From assembly GCA_002104905.1 (NCBI GenBank), contig MCFE01000397.1:1-64000 (forward strand): 64,000 nt of DNA, in the 5' to 3' direction. The notes beneath the pieces were generated by a model. That model did not search any database, was not told the origin of the DNA, and saw nothing but the letters and a program-made list of their open reading frames with translations. Positions 25,946 through 37,779 of this stretch are shown here, piece by piece; positions within the stretch are counted from its first letter, which is position 1, and each line of letters begins with the position of its first letter. This DNA is from Basidiobolus meristosporus CBS 931.73. Taxonomy: Eukaryota > Fungi > Basidiobolomycota. The position numbers were made by a program, and so were the translations under genes.

Positions 25946-26366
25946 CCCTATGAAAATTATTGTGACAATCCTGTCAAAAAGCTGATGCAAATTCCAAGGC
26001 CGGCAACTAAGAGGTATTGACCCCATCAGGATACTATGACAAAATTATCAAATAATTTGCGCTCCAGAATCCACAAAAAATTGATCAATTTTCCATCACA
26101 ACAATACAATAGTGGCTTTTTACTGATTCTCTGCCAACTGTCTCTCATTCTGATCCTGGACACTCTACCACCTCCTAAGTTTGCGTGCATTGAGTGGCTA
26201 TTGCCTCTTTTTCACACTCCTTACTTCTTGACTCAACCTTTCTCTTACTTATCATTTGTTCAAATGGATTTATTTCCATTGAAACTTCAGTTGAACCTCA
26301 ATTGCCAGTTTTATAGACCTAAACAAGTCCCTATACTGTACATCAACAGTAAGCTTAACCACACAC
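25946..26366 (+). mobile_element. Left terminal fragment of the CACTA-like element
   Basis: CCCTATGAAAATTATTG plus the same subterminal block seen at 939, 17453 and 44718. Confidence 0.75.
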
Positions 26367-28158
26367 TCTGTTTCAATATAAGATGTGATCTTGAATTAAC
26401 AAACATATCAAAAAATGTTGATAGTAGTTGTGTTGTGGTTTAGATATAAAGAAGCTCAGGATTTATACCTTTGTAGAAGTAATACAACTGCAACACTAAG
26501 TAAAGAGGGCTTCTCAACATTGAGAAGCTTTCTGGAACAGTTTCAGGGTTGGTAAAAAATGTCTGGTAAAAGTGCTAATATGATTTAGACTTTAGAGACA
26601 AAGGATCATAGATCTGAGGAAACTGGCCAGGTTAGGGTTGGTTATTAGTCCTACAGTGATTAAGACTAGTCTAGTATAGTTGAGTAAACTTTTAGCTGCT
26701 GAATGATACCAAATTGTTTGATATTTTAACATTCTGTACAAGTAACTGCATTTGAATTCACCACCTGGAATAATCATAGGTTCATATATCTGAAAGAAAG
26801 TGCCAAAGTTAGGGATACAAATGAGTCTATAGTAACTGAGACTTGGCCACAATTGTTAAGTAATTTTTTAGCTGCCAAGTGATACCAACTAGTCCAATGC
26901 CCCAACACTTCTCCTCCACCAATAGTTTCTTAATCCTTATTTCTCTCTGAGATTCTGAAACTGTAGCATAGCTAGTGATCCATTCAATATATCTACCATC
27001 AATCTGTTAGTTGGGCAATAAACCAACTCTACCAAGTTATTTTCTACAGCTTCTCCAACAAAGTGGTGTTGCATGTATAGTTCTGGCATGGTGTCTGGGA
27101 CTTCTAACTAATGAAGTACAACTTAGATTACTCTTGTAAATACTTGTTGGTTCATCTGATTTAGAACTTAAGTTATTGAATGCTTTTTGTAATCATTTAG
27201 CCTCCTTAGTTGCTTGATAAGCAGGCATACACTCTGCCTCAGCTGTGGAGAGTGCTATTGTTGATTTTATCTTACAATTCCAATTGATAGCCACACCAGC
27301 AAACAGTAACACATACCCAGTGGCAGAGCATCTGTCAATCAGATCCCTACCCAGTCTGATCACTATCACCATCAAGTCCTTGCCTGTTAGCAGCTCTAGA
27401 GCATTCAAGCATCAAACTTGTGGTACCATGTATATATCTGAAAACCTACTTAACTGCTGTAATTTAATCTGATCCATAATTTTGCATTACCTGACTATTT
27501 GTTCCTACTGCCACAGCAATGTCTGGAAGTGTAAATACTGTTACATACATCAGACTACTAATCATAGATTGGTTGGGGAAGTTTTTGTTCAAATATAAGC
27601 ATTTTTGACCCAAGACTGACTGATATTTGCTCAATTTTAGGTTATCTGTCACAGGGATTGCTGCAGGCTTGAAATTTAACATTTTGAAGCATCTAAGATT
27701 GTCTCTTATATATGTAGACTGATTCAACACAATTTTCTGCGTAGGGATGTAAGATTTGACCATAATCAGAAGAAATAGCTCAGTTTTCCAGGATCTTGTA
27801 TCTCAAGCTTACTGAAGAAATCTGATTTTGTCTGTTTAAGTGCCTGCTGGTCACTTGTTGCTACTATTAAGTTGTTAATATAGGGTAGGTGGTGATCACA
27901 CCCTTTTTGAGCTGCTTCACATATAAACTATGATCTGCAATGCTATAAATGAACATAATCTCCTCTAAATATATGTCAATCTTGTACCATGCTCTAGGTG
28001 CCTGTTTAAGTCTATACAGCAATATTCCAAGTTTGCACACCTTATAGGGGCCTTATGGGTTGGTAAAACTCTGTGGTTGCTCCATATATTTAGTTAGTTG
28101 TAGTTCCCATTTAGAAAGGCTGTTTTATGTCCCTTCAATCCAGACCTAGACTGTATAC
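26367..28158 (-). mobile_element. Truncated, diverged copia-A-like copy: 3' LTR about 26367-26907 with an internal duplication, RNase H/RT remnants
   Basis: LTR homology to 33463-33831, ending ...CCCCAACA, then PPT CTTCTCCTCCACC. ORF fragments 27193-27408 and 27464-27763 match copia-A RT/RH. Confidence 0.8.
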
Positions 28159-31100
28159 TGTTATAAGTCTAGATATAAGAGTTGTGGAGGAATAGGGAGT
28201 TTAGTTAGTATTGTACTCACTAAAACTTGAATTGATCTTTATTGAGGTTCCAGCAGCTCCTTTTATACATTTTGCCAGATTAGTTGCTGACTGATTGTAT
28301 TTCATAATGTAGGCTGTGGCTGATGACTCATTTGATTGCATTGTCATCACCAAATAAAATCCTACTTAATATATCTATTTCTGACTAATAAGGATCTGCT
28401 GATTCATTTGCTGACTAATACTACTAATTTGATAGATAATACTGATATTCTGATGAGCTAAACATATAGCTGATTGATTTGACTGAAAACTGATCTAACT
28501 TAAACATTCAAGCGGCAGATCATAAAATTCTCCCCTGCTTAAGTTGAGAGGGTTCTCCTGAATCTCTTTTCTTGTGATACCAATATCTGGATGGTTCAAT
28601 ATTATCAGCATGTCTTGCAAGCTTGAGTCTGTCCCTATGCACAAAGTCTTCCTGGATATTGCCTTGTTTGTCCACTAGTTGGTAAGTTGCAAATGGACAT
28701 TCTATGATGATCTTGAATGGTCCTGTCCATTGTGTCTCAGACTTCTTCCAAGTGTTGTTTCTTAGCAATACAAAGTTCCCAACTGTCAATGCCTCTGGTG
28801 ATATAGTCTTATCAAATCTTTTCTTCATCTTTTCTGCACTCTGAGATACTTTGGTCTGTGCCTCTTAATATCTTTGTTTCAGTGGCTGGTGTATACTTGG
28901 CTCACTGAGCTCATCATATAAGGCATCTGCAAGCTTTGGTTGTGCGAGATCTCCTGGAATCCTTGGTTCACATCCATACACTTGGTAAAATGGTAATTGC
29001 TGCGTGGTGTTGTGTACTCTGACTCTGTATGCAAAGAGTGCTTGGTCTATATACTCATCCCATCTACTGACAACTCCATATGCATACATGGTCAGCATTT
29101 TTCCATGTAATCCATTAAACCGCTCAGTGACCCCATTAGTTCTGGGGTGATATGCCAAGGTTTCAAGTGCTTGATCTGCTGCTTTTCCAGGTAAGCTTCC
29201 AATATCTTTGCCATAAAGTTTGCACCTCTATCAGATAGAATCTCTACAGGGCATCCAAACTTCACAAGGATCTCATGGTATATGAAACTTGTAGCTTCTT
29301 GCTCACTGGTTAAAGGTACAGCTTTAGCCACTAGCCATTTAGTGGCATGGCCAATTGCTGCCAGGATCCAACAGTTGCATTTCCTGGTAGTTGGCAGTCT
29401 TCCAATAAGTCAATTCCCCATCTTTCAAATGGTCTTACAGGCTCCAAGGGAAAGAATTCAGCAATTCTCTGTGGTTGGCCTTGGTTGATTTGGCAATTTG
29501 GGCTTGTTTCACCAGCTTCTCAATGTCATGTTTCATTCTGGGCCACCATGCACTGGCTTTCACAAGGCTATTGGCTCCTTCAATTCTAAGATATCCATAT
29601 CTATTGTGTAGCTTATGTATTAAATCCAGGTGAGAAACATAAGGGCAATAGGCAATAAGGCATCCATCAATAATTTGGTAGAGTGTGTCATCCTGTACTG
29701 CAAATTTGCCAGCTTCATCCTGGATTATCTTCTCGATATCCTTATTCATCTCATCAGGAATGGCTTAGTCCTCTAAGTACTTTGGTAATAGGCTGGGCCA
29801 ATCTGATTCATGCACCAAGTTGAGTTGTGCAACTTGATCTAATCTTGATAAAGCGTCAGCATCCGTGTTGTTATTTCCAGGGCAGTAGACAATCTCCAAG
29901 TCAAATTGCTGAATGTATTCACTCCATCTTGTCATTCTTCTAGAAAGTATCTTCTCAGTAAAAATATACTTGAGGGAGGCATGGTCAGTCTTTTCAGTGC
30001 ATTTGACTCCTTCAACATAGCATCTCCATGTCTTCAAACAGTGTATTATAGCAAGCATCTCCTTCTCATGCACTGGATAGTTTTGTTCTGCTGAGTTCAG
30101 TTTCTTGGACTCAAAGGCAATGGGATAGTCCTTTGCTTTGTGTTCTTGGCTCAACACTCCACCAATTGCATAATCTGAAGCATCTGTGCACAGAGTAAAC
30201 TCTTTTCTGAAGTCAGGTATTCTTAAGCTTGGCAGCTTAGCAAGTTCATTCTTGAGCATCTGGAAGGCAGTTTCACAAGCTATGTCCCACTTGTAATTAT
30301 TGTCTCTCTTGAGGATATCAGTTAAAGAGGCTGCAATACTTGCAAAGGACTTGACAAGTCTCCAATAATAGGAAACCATTCCAAGGAATGATCCAAGCTC
30401 TGATATGCTTTGGGGTTGCTTCAGATTCTTGATGACTTCAACCTTCTTAGGGTCTAAGGTTACTTCTGGGCTAGTCCCTATGTGTCCCAGATATTCAACA
30501 TGTTCCTTGAAGAATTCACACTTGGGTAGCTTGCCATAAATCTTGTTCTCTCTTAGCTTCTCCAAGACCTTTTCAATGTGGACCAAGTGATCCTCTTCTG
30601 TCTTGCTTTATATAAATACATCATCTAGGTAGATTATGACAAACTTTTCTAAGTACTCCTGAAAGACAGTCTGCATCAGGGTCATGAATGTTGCAGGGGC
30701 ATTGGTGAGGCCAAAACTCATGACTAAGTACTTGTAGGGTCCATATCTGGTCCTGAATGCTGTCTTAGGGATGTCTTCTGGCTTCACCCTAATCTGGCTG
30801 TATCCTGACATGAGGTCAATCTTGCTGAAAATAGTGGCTCCATTGAGTTGGACCAAGAGCTCATCAATCCAAGGAATGGGGTACTTATTCTTCACAGCTA
30901 CTGAGTTGAGGGTACTGCAGTCAATGCACATCCTAAGTGCTCCATCCTTCTTCTTCACCAAAAGTACTGGTGCTCCCCAAGGTGACTTGCTGGGTCTGAT
31001 ATATCCTTGCTCCAGTAACTGATCTATTTGTCTCTTCATCTCTTCCAACTCCAATGGACTCATTCTGTAAGGTGCCTTACTCACTGGAGGGCCATCTCCT

Positions 31101-33103
31101 GTTTCAATGGCATGATCCATGTCTCTGACTGGTGGTAGGCTTACAAGCTCTTCTGGAAATATATTTGAATATTCCTTCAAATGAGTCTTGACCTTCTGGG
31201 GTACTGGAGTAGAGGAATTCTCCTGTAATACTGCCATGAAGAACATCTGGGTGCCTATTCTTAGTGCTCTACAGAACTGTTTCTTGCTAAGCTCACTTGT
31301 TTCACGCACACTGGAATTGACCAAGTTAAAATCTAGTCTGGCAGATAATAGCTCATAGGTCTTGTTGTCCTCCTGGATCTGAGTAGCATGGGTTCTCCAG
31401 TTGATCAGTGAATTACAACAAAATAGCCAGGTTTTCCCAAGTACAAGGTCTAACTTGCAGTTCCCACATATATAGGCCTGTAGCTCTTCTTCAGAGTCAT
31501 TGATCTTCATCCTTACTGGCTAAGTGAAACAGTTGATTATGAGAGAGCTCTCATCAGCTGCTGAGACTGAAGTTGATTGGGTGGGTTCCAAGTTGATTCC
31601 AGCTTTCAAAGTAAATTGCTCCAACATGTACTCATGTGATGCTCCTGAGTCAATCATGATCTTGGCAGGTACTCCATTGATTACTCCATTCAAGTATAAT
31701 AGCTTTCCTGCGTTTGAGATCTTCTGGGATTGGTATTCTTCTGTCATATGGAAGGTAAGTTCTGAGTCTTCTTCAAGCTCATCCTCCATGTTACTATGCT
31801 CTATGACCTCAATATAGTTAAAGGTTCTTGATGGCTGGTGTCCATTTGTTCTCTGAGGGCAGTACTTTGCAATATGTCCCCGCTGGTGGCAGTTGAAGCA
31901 AAGCGCTTTCTTCTTACATTCTTCTGAGGCAGGATTCTTCTGCATAGCATCTATTTCCATTGGCACTGCTTCTGATTGTCTTCTTTCATAGTGATTGTAG
32001 CCTCTCTGATAAGTCATTGTGGGCTTCCCAACTCCAAACATAACTGATTCATAGTCAATGGCATTCTAGATGGCTTCTTCAATTGTGTGAGGTCTTTGAT
32101 AATTCACTTCCTTACAAGTTCTTTCTTTCAACCAATCAATAAAGTATTCAGCTTGATCCAGTGGGTCCATTCTTTCAATTTGCCCAAGTAGACATCTATA
32201 TTCATAGATGTACTCCTGGACCATTCCTTTCTGTCTGAGTGTCTTCAACTTTCTTCTTGGTGGTATCTGTTGGTGTGGGGACTCAAAGGCTTCCTGTATT
32301 TCCGGCACACACTCATCCCAGGTAGAGATGATAGAGCATCCCATCATGGTGGCTGACCTGATCTTGTTGTGGTACCACTGTAAAGCTGCACCTGCCAGGT
32401 AAGAGGCTGCATAATGTAACTTGCTTTCTGGAGCAATTCCCTTAGCCTTGAAAGTTTCTTCAGTCTGAAAGAGCCAAGTTCCCAGGTTTCATTGACTCTA
32501 CCATGGTACTGGTTGACCATCACACTAAAGTTGCTCTTGACAGGGTTTTGCTGGCTTTGAGCCAAGGTAGTCATTCCTTGTTGCTGCTGGCCAAGGATCT
32601 GGAGTAACTGTTGCTTCTGGGCCTGGATTTGTTGCAGAGCATTCTTCTATTCTTGATTTTCCAACATCTTGAGGGAGGCTTCTTCTTTCTTCAGGAGCAA
32701 TGTTTCTTGTTATTGCTGTTACCAGTGTTACAAGTATTGGTATAAGAGTTGTAGAGGAATAGGGAGTCTAGCTAGCATTGTATTCACTAGAACTTGAACT
32801 GATCTTTATTGAGGTTCCAGCAGCTCCTTATATACATTTTGCCAGATTAATTACTGACCAATTGTATTTCCTAATACAGTTTTGTGGCTGATGGCTCATT
32901 TGACTGCATCATCATCACCCAATAAAATCCTACTTAATATATCTATTTCTGTGTGATAAGGATCAGCTGATTCATTTGCTGACTAATGCTACTAATTTGA
33001 TAGATAATACTGATGTAGTAATATACTGATAACCTAAACATATAGCTAATTGATTTGACTAAAAACTGATCTAACTTAAGCATCAAAGCGGCAGATCATA
33101 ACA
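28159..33103 (-). mobile_element. Structurally complete Gypsy G1 element (LTRs 28159-28527 and 32726-33103), decayed, with non-matching flanks
   Basis: Gag with CFNCHQRGHIAKYC knuckle and protease IMIDSGAS (31520-32041), RT (30608-31510, YLDD), RNase H (29765-30586, TDASDYAIG), IN (28520-29749). PBS-like TGGTAACAGC one base after the 5' LTR; PPT GCAGGGGAGAA. No chromodomain seen. Confidence 0.88.
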
Positions 33104-33825
33104 CTTGGACCAGCTTGATGTATTTGCTAACCAAGATAACCCATGTTTAGTCTGTAAGTTCAAAAAGTCTCTATGTTGACTCAAGCAATCCCCTAGAGCA
33201 TGGAATTGCCAAATAGATTCTTATTTAGAATTTTTGAGCTTCAAAGTAAGTAATGCTGACTATAGTATATACTGTAAGCCAGATATGGCAAGTCCAGCTC
33301 TATTAGCTCTTAATATGGATTATCCTATTATAGCTGCTAATAACCTAGAAATATTGGAAATGACCAAATTGGACCTATCTAACAAGTTCAAGATGTCCAA
33401 CCTAGGAGAACTTAGTTATGCTCAGGGATAAAGTCTCCATAGGCAAAAATACACATACTTTCTGTTGCAATTTAAGAAGTGATTTGGAAATAAGGAACTT
33501 ATCAAGAAATAGTGATAATAGTTGAACTGTTGTTTATTCATAAAGAAGCTCAGTATTTATACCTTTGTAGAAGTAATACAGCTGCAACACTAAGTAGGGA
33601 GGGTTTCTCAATATTCAGGAGCATTCTGTAACAGTTTCAGGGTTAGTACATAATGTTTGGTAATAGTGCTAATTTGATCCTGACTATAGGGGAATAATCA
33701 TAAGATCATATATCTGGAGAAAGTGGCAAAGTTAAGGCAGTAAATGAGTCCTACAGTGACTAAGACTAGCCTAGAATTGTTAAGTAAATTTTTAGCTGCT
33801 GAATGATACCAAATAGTCCAATATT

Positions 33826-36800
33826 TCAACACTCCCCCTCAACTAAATAATTTCTTAATCCCAATTTCTCTCTAAGGATCTCAAACTGTGGCCTAGCTAG
33901 TGGTTTTGTCAATATGTCTGCCACCATTTTGTCAGTTGGGCAGTAAACCAGCTCTACTAAGTTATTTTCTACAGCTTCCCTCACAAAGTGATGCTGTATA
34001 TCAATGTGCTTAGTTCTGGCATGATTAGTAGGATTTCTAGCTAATGAAATACAACTTTGATTATCCTTGTAAATACATGTTGGTTCACCTGAATTAAAAC
34101 CTAAGTCTGTGAATAATTTTCGTAGCCATATAGCCTCCTTAGTTGCTTGACATGCAGCCATATATTTGGCTTCAGTTGTAGATAGTGCCACAGTTGGTTG
34201 TTTCTTGCAATTCCAAGTAATAGCTGCACCAGCATAAAGAAATACATAGCCTGTGGTAGAGCGTCTGTCAATCAAATCCCTACCCCAATCTGAATCACTA
34301 TAACCATCAAATTTTTGCCTATTAGCTGCTCCAGAGTATTCCAGTACCATATTTATGGTACCTTGTAGATATCTGAAAATCCGCTTAACTGCTGCAATTT
34401 GATCTGATCCATAACTCTGCATGAATTGACTGACTATTCCAACTGCTACTGCAATATCTGGACGTGTAGACACCATCAAGTACATTAGGCTACCAACCAT
34501 TGATTGATAGGGAAAGTTTTGGTCCATATTTGAGCCGTTTTCATCTATAACTGGCTGAGATTTGCTTAATTTCAGGTTATTGTCCATAGGGGTTGCTGCA
34601 GGTTTGCAATTTTCCATTTTGAAGCGTCTAAGAATGTCCCTAATGTACTTAGACTGATTCAGCACAATTTTCTGCGTAGGTATGTCAAATTTGACCTCAA
34701 TTCCAAGAAAATAGCTCAATTTTCCAAGATCTTTCATCTCAAACTTGCTGAAGAGATCTGATTTTGTCTGTTTAAGTGCCTCTTGATCACTTGTAGCTAT
34801 AATTAGGTCGTCCACATAAAGAACTAGGATGATCACACCCTTTTTGAGCTGTTTCACATATATACTGTGATCTGCAGTGCTACGAGAGAACCCAATTTCC
34901 TCTAGATATGTGTCAATCCTGTTATACCATGCTCTAGGTGCCTGCTCAAGCCCATACAACAATTTTCTAAGTTTGCACACCTTATGGGGGCTTTTTGGAT
35001 CGGTAAAACCTTCTGGTTGCTCCATATATATAGTTTCTTGCAAATCCCCATTTAGAAAGGCTGTTTTGACGTCCATTTGGTGTAGATCTAGGCTGTGTAC
35101 AGCTGCCAGGGCCAGAACTGTCCTAATAGAGTTAAACTTGGCAACCGGAGCAAATGTTTCCTTAAAGTCTAGTCCCTGGATCTGGGAATAGCCTTTAGCT
35201 ACCAATCTAGCCTTGTACTTATCAACGGCACCATTTGAGGTTATCTTGATCTTGTAGACCCATCTACATCCTATTGGCTTTCTCCCATTTGGTAAATCTA
35301 CCAGTTCCCACGTTTTTGCCTTGATCAGTGATTGGTACTCCTCCTGCATGGCTTGGTGCCACTTAGTAGCATCTGGACCTTTCATTGCCTGTTCCAGATT
35401 CTGAGGTTTGGCACATAAGGCAAGATAAGCTTCTTCATGATCATTGGATGTCTGCCACCAGGATCCAGGGGCATTTCTTATTCTGGTAGATCTCCTAACT
35501 GGGATAATCTGTTCTGATCTGGAACTGGTAGAAGTATCTTCCATCTCTGACTGGATTTGGTACGTATCTTCTTCATTTGTGTTGATTGCATCATCAGGCA
35601 GCTGGCCAATGATTTCTGTGGCTTTCGGATCTGAATTCTCCTCAAATACAACGTCCCTGCTCTTGATCAGCTTCTGAATTTTGCCATCATACACTCTATA
35701 CCCTTTAGTATCTTCACAATACCCAAGAAAGATCCCTTTTCTACTCTTTGGTTCCAACTTTGAGCGTTTTTTGTCTCGGATGTGATAAAAAACATCACTG
35801 CCAAAGATCCTGAGGTGCTGGAGATCTGGTTTTTTGCCTGTATATGCTTCAAAGGGTGTAGAATCACGTAGTGCTGTTGTTGGGCATCTGTTCTTGATGT
35901 ATACAGCGGTAGCAACAGATTCAGCCCAAAACTTGTAGTCCATTCCCTTATCATGTAGCATAGATCTTCCCATCTCTACTGTTGTTCTATTTGCACGTTC
36001 TGCTACTCCATTTTGCTGTGGAGTATGAGGAACTGTGGTCTGTTGAAGTATACCAGTAGACAAGCAGTATTTTGCAAACTCCTTTGAGCAGTATTCTCCT
36101 CCATTGTCACTTCGTAGTACCTTCAATTTACACCCAGTTTGTGTTTCTGCCATGTTCTTGAAGTGCTTAAACGTCTCTAAAGCTTCATCCTTTGTTTTGA
36201 GAAAGTACACCCATGTATATCTTGTCTTGTCATCAATAAACGTCATAAAGTATCTCTTGGCTCCAAAGGACAGTGTTCTCATGGGGCCACATATGTCTGA
36301 GTGTACAATAGCCAATATTTTGGTAGTATTGATGCCTTCTGAGCTCTTGAAACATTGCCTAGCTTGTTTGTCATATGAACATCCCTTACAAACATTCAAT
36401 TTGATCGGAATTGAGTATTTTAGGCCCAAAACAAGCTGATTTTTCACCAATTGGCTCATTTTCTGTTCCCCTATGTGTCCTAGCCTCCTATGCCACGTCT
36501 CCCAGTTGGTTTCATCAGTTTCAGCAATGTCAACATACTCAGGTACAATGATCTTGCATTGTAACTTGTATATATTGTGATCTCTGATTCCCGAAGCTAA
36601 TTTTTGTCCATTTTCACTCAATATTGAGCAGCTCAGCTTAGTAAAAACAAATTTCAGTCCCTGAGTAGTTGCTTTACTGACTGAGAGTAGGTTCTTAGCT
36701 ATTCCAGGTACATAGAGTACGTCAGTCAGTTTTGCTGTTGTTGCCCCTGAGTTATCACTCATATTTAGTTGTATAGACCCACTGGTGGTAGCTTCCAATG

Positions 36801-37743
36801 CAGAGTTATCTCCCAGATAAACCTTTCTTACGGGAATAGTCTTTAAGTTGCTGAACCAATCCTTTATACCACAAATATGCTGTGATGCTCCAGAGCCAAT
36901 ATACCATTCATTACTTTGGTTACCTGCACTCTCTTGTACAGTGACAAATAGCTGTTCATCAGTAGTTATATGGTATGCCTGCTCTAGTTTCTGTTTTTCG
37001 TCTGCTTGTTTCTTCTTGCATTCTCTTGCCCAGTGTCCTGGCTTCTTACAGTAGTTACAGCAGCCAGGTTTTCTTTGGTTTTGTTGCTTTCCCTTCTTTT
37101 CTGTATGCCTTTCTGAACTGAATAAAGCATTATCTTCAATTTTCTCTGCTTGGTCATTACGTCTGAGTTCTTCATGGAGAAGTCTTCCTTTGACATAGTC
37201 TAAAATCAAGTTGTCTTCTCTGCTTTCAAAAGAAAGTATGAGTGGCTCATACTCGTCTGGTAGGCTGCAAAGCAGACAGAGTATCTTTTCTTCATCATCT
37301 ACACCAGCATTAATACTGTAGAGTTCTTCTGCAAGTGTCTCCATTCTGGTAATGAGTTGTAGCATGTCATCATCTGGCTTTTTTCTCATGTTGAAGAACT
37401 TTTGTTTCAAATAAAGCTTGCTTGATACTGACTTTGCTCTAAAGATCTTCTCCAAGGATTCCCATGCTGCTTTGGCAGTATTTGAGGCATGGATTTGTCC
37501 AATGAAGGAGTCTTGCACATTGATGCATATTGCATTGAAGGCCTTTCTCTCCTTCTCTTGAAACTTCTCCAAATCTTCTGCTGTTCCTTTGGGCTCAACT
37601 TCCTTTCCTGCTACTATGTTCCAAAACTTTCTTTCCTCAAGGTGGATCTGCATCTTGATTCTCCAAAGTTTGTAGTTCTTCCCATCAAACCTCTCCTTTA
37701 CAGGGAAGATGTTGGTATTGCTTTGTTTGCTGGTAGAAGTCAT
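33826..37743 (-). CDS. pol: Copia Gag-Pol polyprotein, 1305 aa (gag, CCHC knuckle, protease, integrase, RT, RNase H)
   Basis: CNYCKKPGHWAREC; WYIGSGAS (protease motif with D>G); WHRRLGH..CKGC; HSDICGP, SDNGGEY, NGVAER; QMDVKTAFLNG, LYVDD; YSDSDW, DNQS. The stop codon lies inside the first bases of the 3' LTR. Confidence 0.96.
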   Translation of the reverse strand: MTSTSKQSNTNIFPVKERFDGKNYKLWRIKMQIHLEERKFWNIVAGKEVEPKGTAEDLEKFQEKERKAFNAICINVQDSFIGQIHASNTAKAAWESLEKIFRAKSVSSKLYLKQKFFNMRKKPDDDMLQLITRMETLAEELYSINAGVDDEEKILCLLCSLPDEYEPLILSFESREDNLILDYVKGRLLHEELRRNDQAEKIEDNALFSSERHTEKKGKQQNQRKPGCCNYCKKPGHWARECKKKQADEKQKLEQAYHITTDEQLFVTVQESAGNQSNEWYIGSGASQHICGIKDWFSNLKTIPVRKVYLGDNSALEATTSGSIQLNMSDNSGATTAKLTDVLYVPGIAKNLLSVSKATTQGLKFVFTKLSCSILSENGQKLASGIRDHNIYKLQCKIIVPEYVDIAETDETNWETWHRRLGHIGEQKMSQLVKNQLVLGLKYSIPIKLNVCKGCSYDKQARQCFKSSEGINTTKILAIVHSDICGPMRTLSFGAKRYFMTFIDDKTRYTWVYFLKTKDEALETFKHFKNMAETQTGCKLKVLRSDNGGEYCSKEFAKYCLSTGILQQTTVPHTPQQNGVAERANRTTVEMGRSMLHDKGMDYKFWAESVATAVYIKNRCPTTALRDSTPFEAYTGKKPDLQHLRIFGSDVFYHIRDKKRSKLEPKSRKGIFLGYCEDTKGYRVYDGKIQKLIKSRDVVFEENSDPKATEIIGQLPDDAINTNEEDTYQIQSEMEDTSTSSRSEQIIPVRRSTRIRNAPGSWWQTSNDHEEAYLALCAKPQNLEQAMKGPDATKWHQAMQEEYQSLIKAKTWELVDLPNGRKPIGCRWVYKIKITSNGAVDKYKARLVAKGYSQIQGLDFKETFAPVAKFNSIRTVLALAAVHSLDLHQMDVKTAFLNGDLQETIYMEQPEGFTDPKSPHKVCKLRKLLYGLEQAPRAWYNRIDTYLEEIGFSRSTADHSIYVKQLKKGVIILVLYVDDLIIATSDQEALKQTKSDLFSKFEMKDLGKLSYFLGIEVKFDIPTQKIVLNQSKYIRDILRRFKMENCKPAATPMDNNLKLSKSQPVIDENGSNMDQNFPYQSMVGSLMYLMVSTRPDIAVAVGIVSQFMQSYGSDQIAAVKRIFRYLQGTINMVLEYSGAANRQKFDGYSDSDWGRDLIDRRSTTGYVFLYAGAAITWNCKKQPTVALSTTEAKYMAACQATKEAIWLRKLFTDLGFNSGEPTCIYKDNQSCISLARNPTNHARTKHIDIQHHFVREAVENNLVELVYCPTDKMVADILTKPLARPQFEILREKLGLRNYLVEGEC
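33832..33843 (-). other. Polypurine tract of copia-A
   Basis: GTTGAGGGGGAG immediately before the 3' LTR on the minus strand; it is translated as part of the ORF end (VEGEC*). Confidence 0.85.
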
Positions 37744-37765
37744 CTTTAGAATAGATTAAGGCAAT

Positions 37766-37779
37766 CAGGGCTCATAACC
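37766..37779 (-). promoter_or_regulatory. Half-tRNA-iMet primer-binding site of copia-A
   Basis: GGTTATGAGCCCTG abuts the 5' LTR with no spacer. It is complementary to CAGGGCUCAUAACC, the anticodon arm of fungal initiator tRNA-Met. Confidence 0.9.

Noticed and set aside
32711-32725. Assigning the G1 PBS (TGGTAACAGC) to a specific tRNA
   Set aside because: It resembles a tRNA-iMet 3' end (TGGTAGCAG) with a mismatch, but cannot be assigned without the host tRNA set.
34877-37749. Plus-strand ORFs antisense to copia-A pol, and similar shadow ORFs over G1 and G2 pol
   Set aside because: Short antisense shadows of coding sequence with no motifs; their recurrence simply reflects repeated parent elements.
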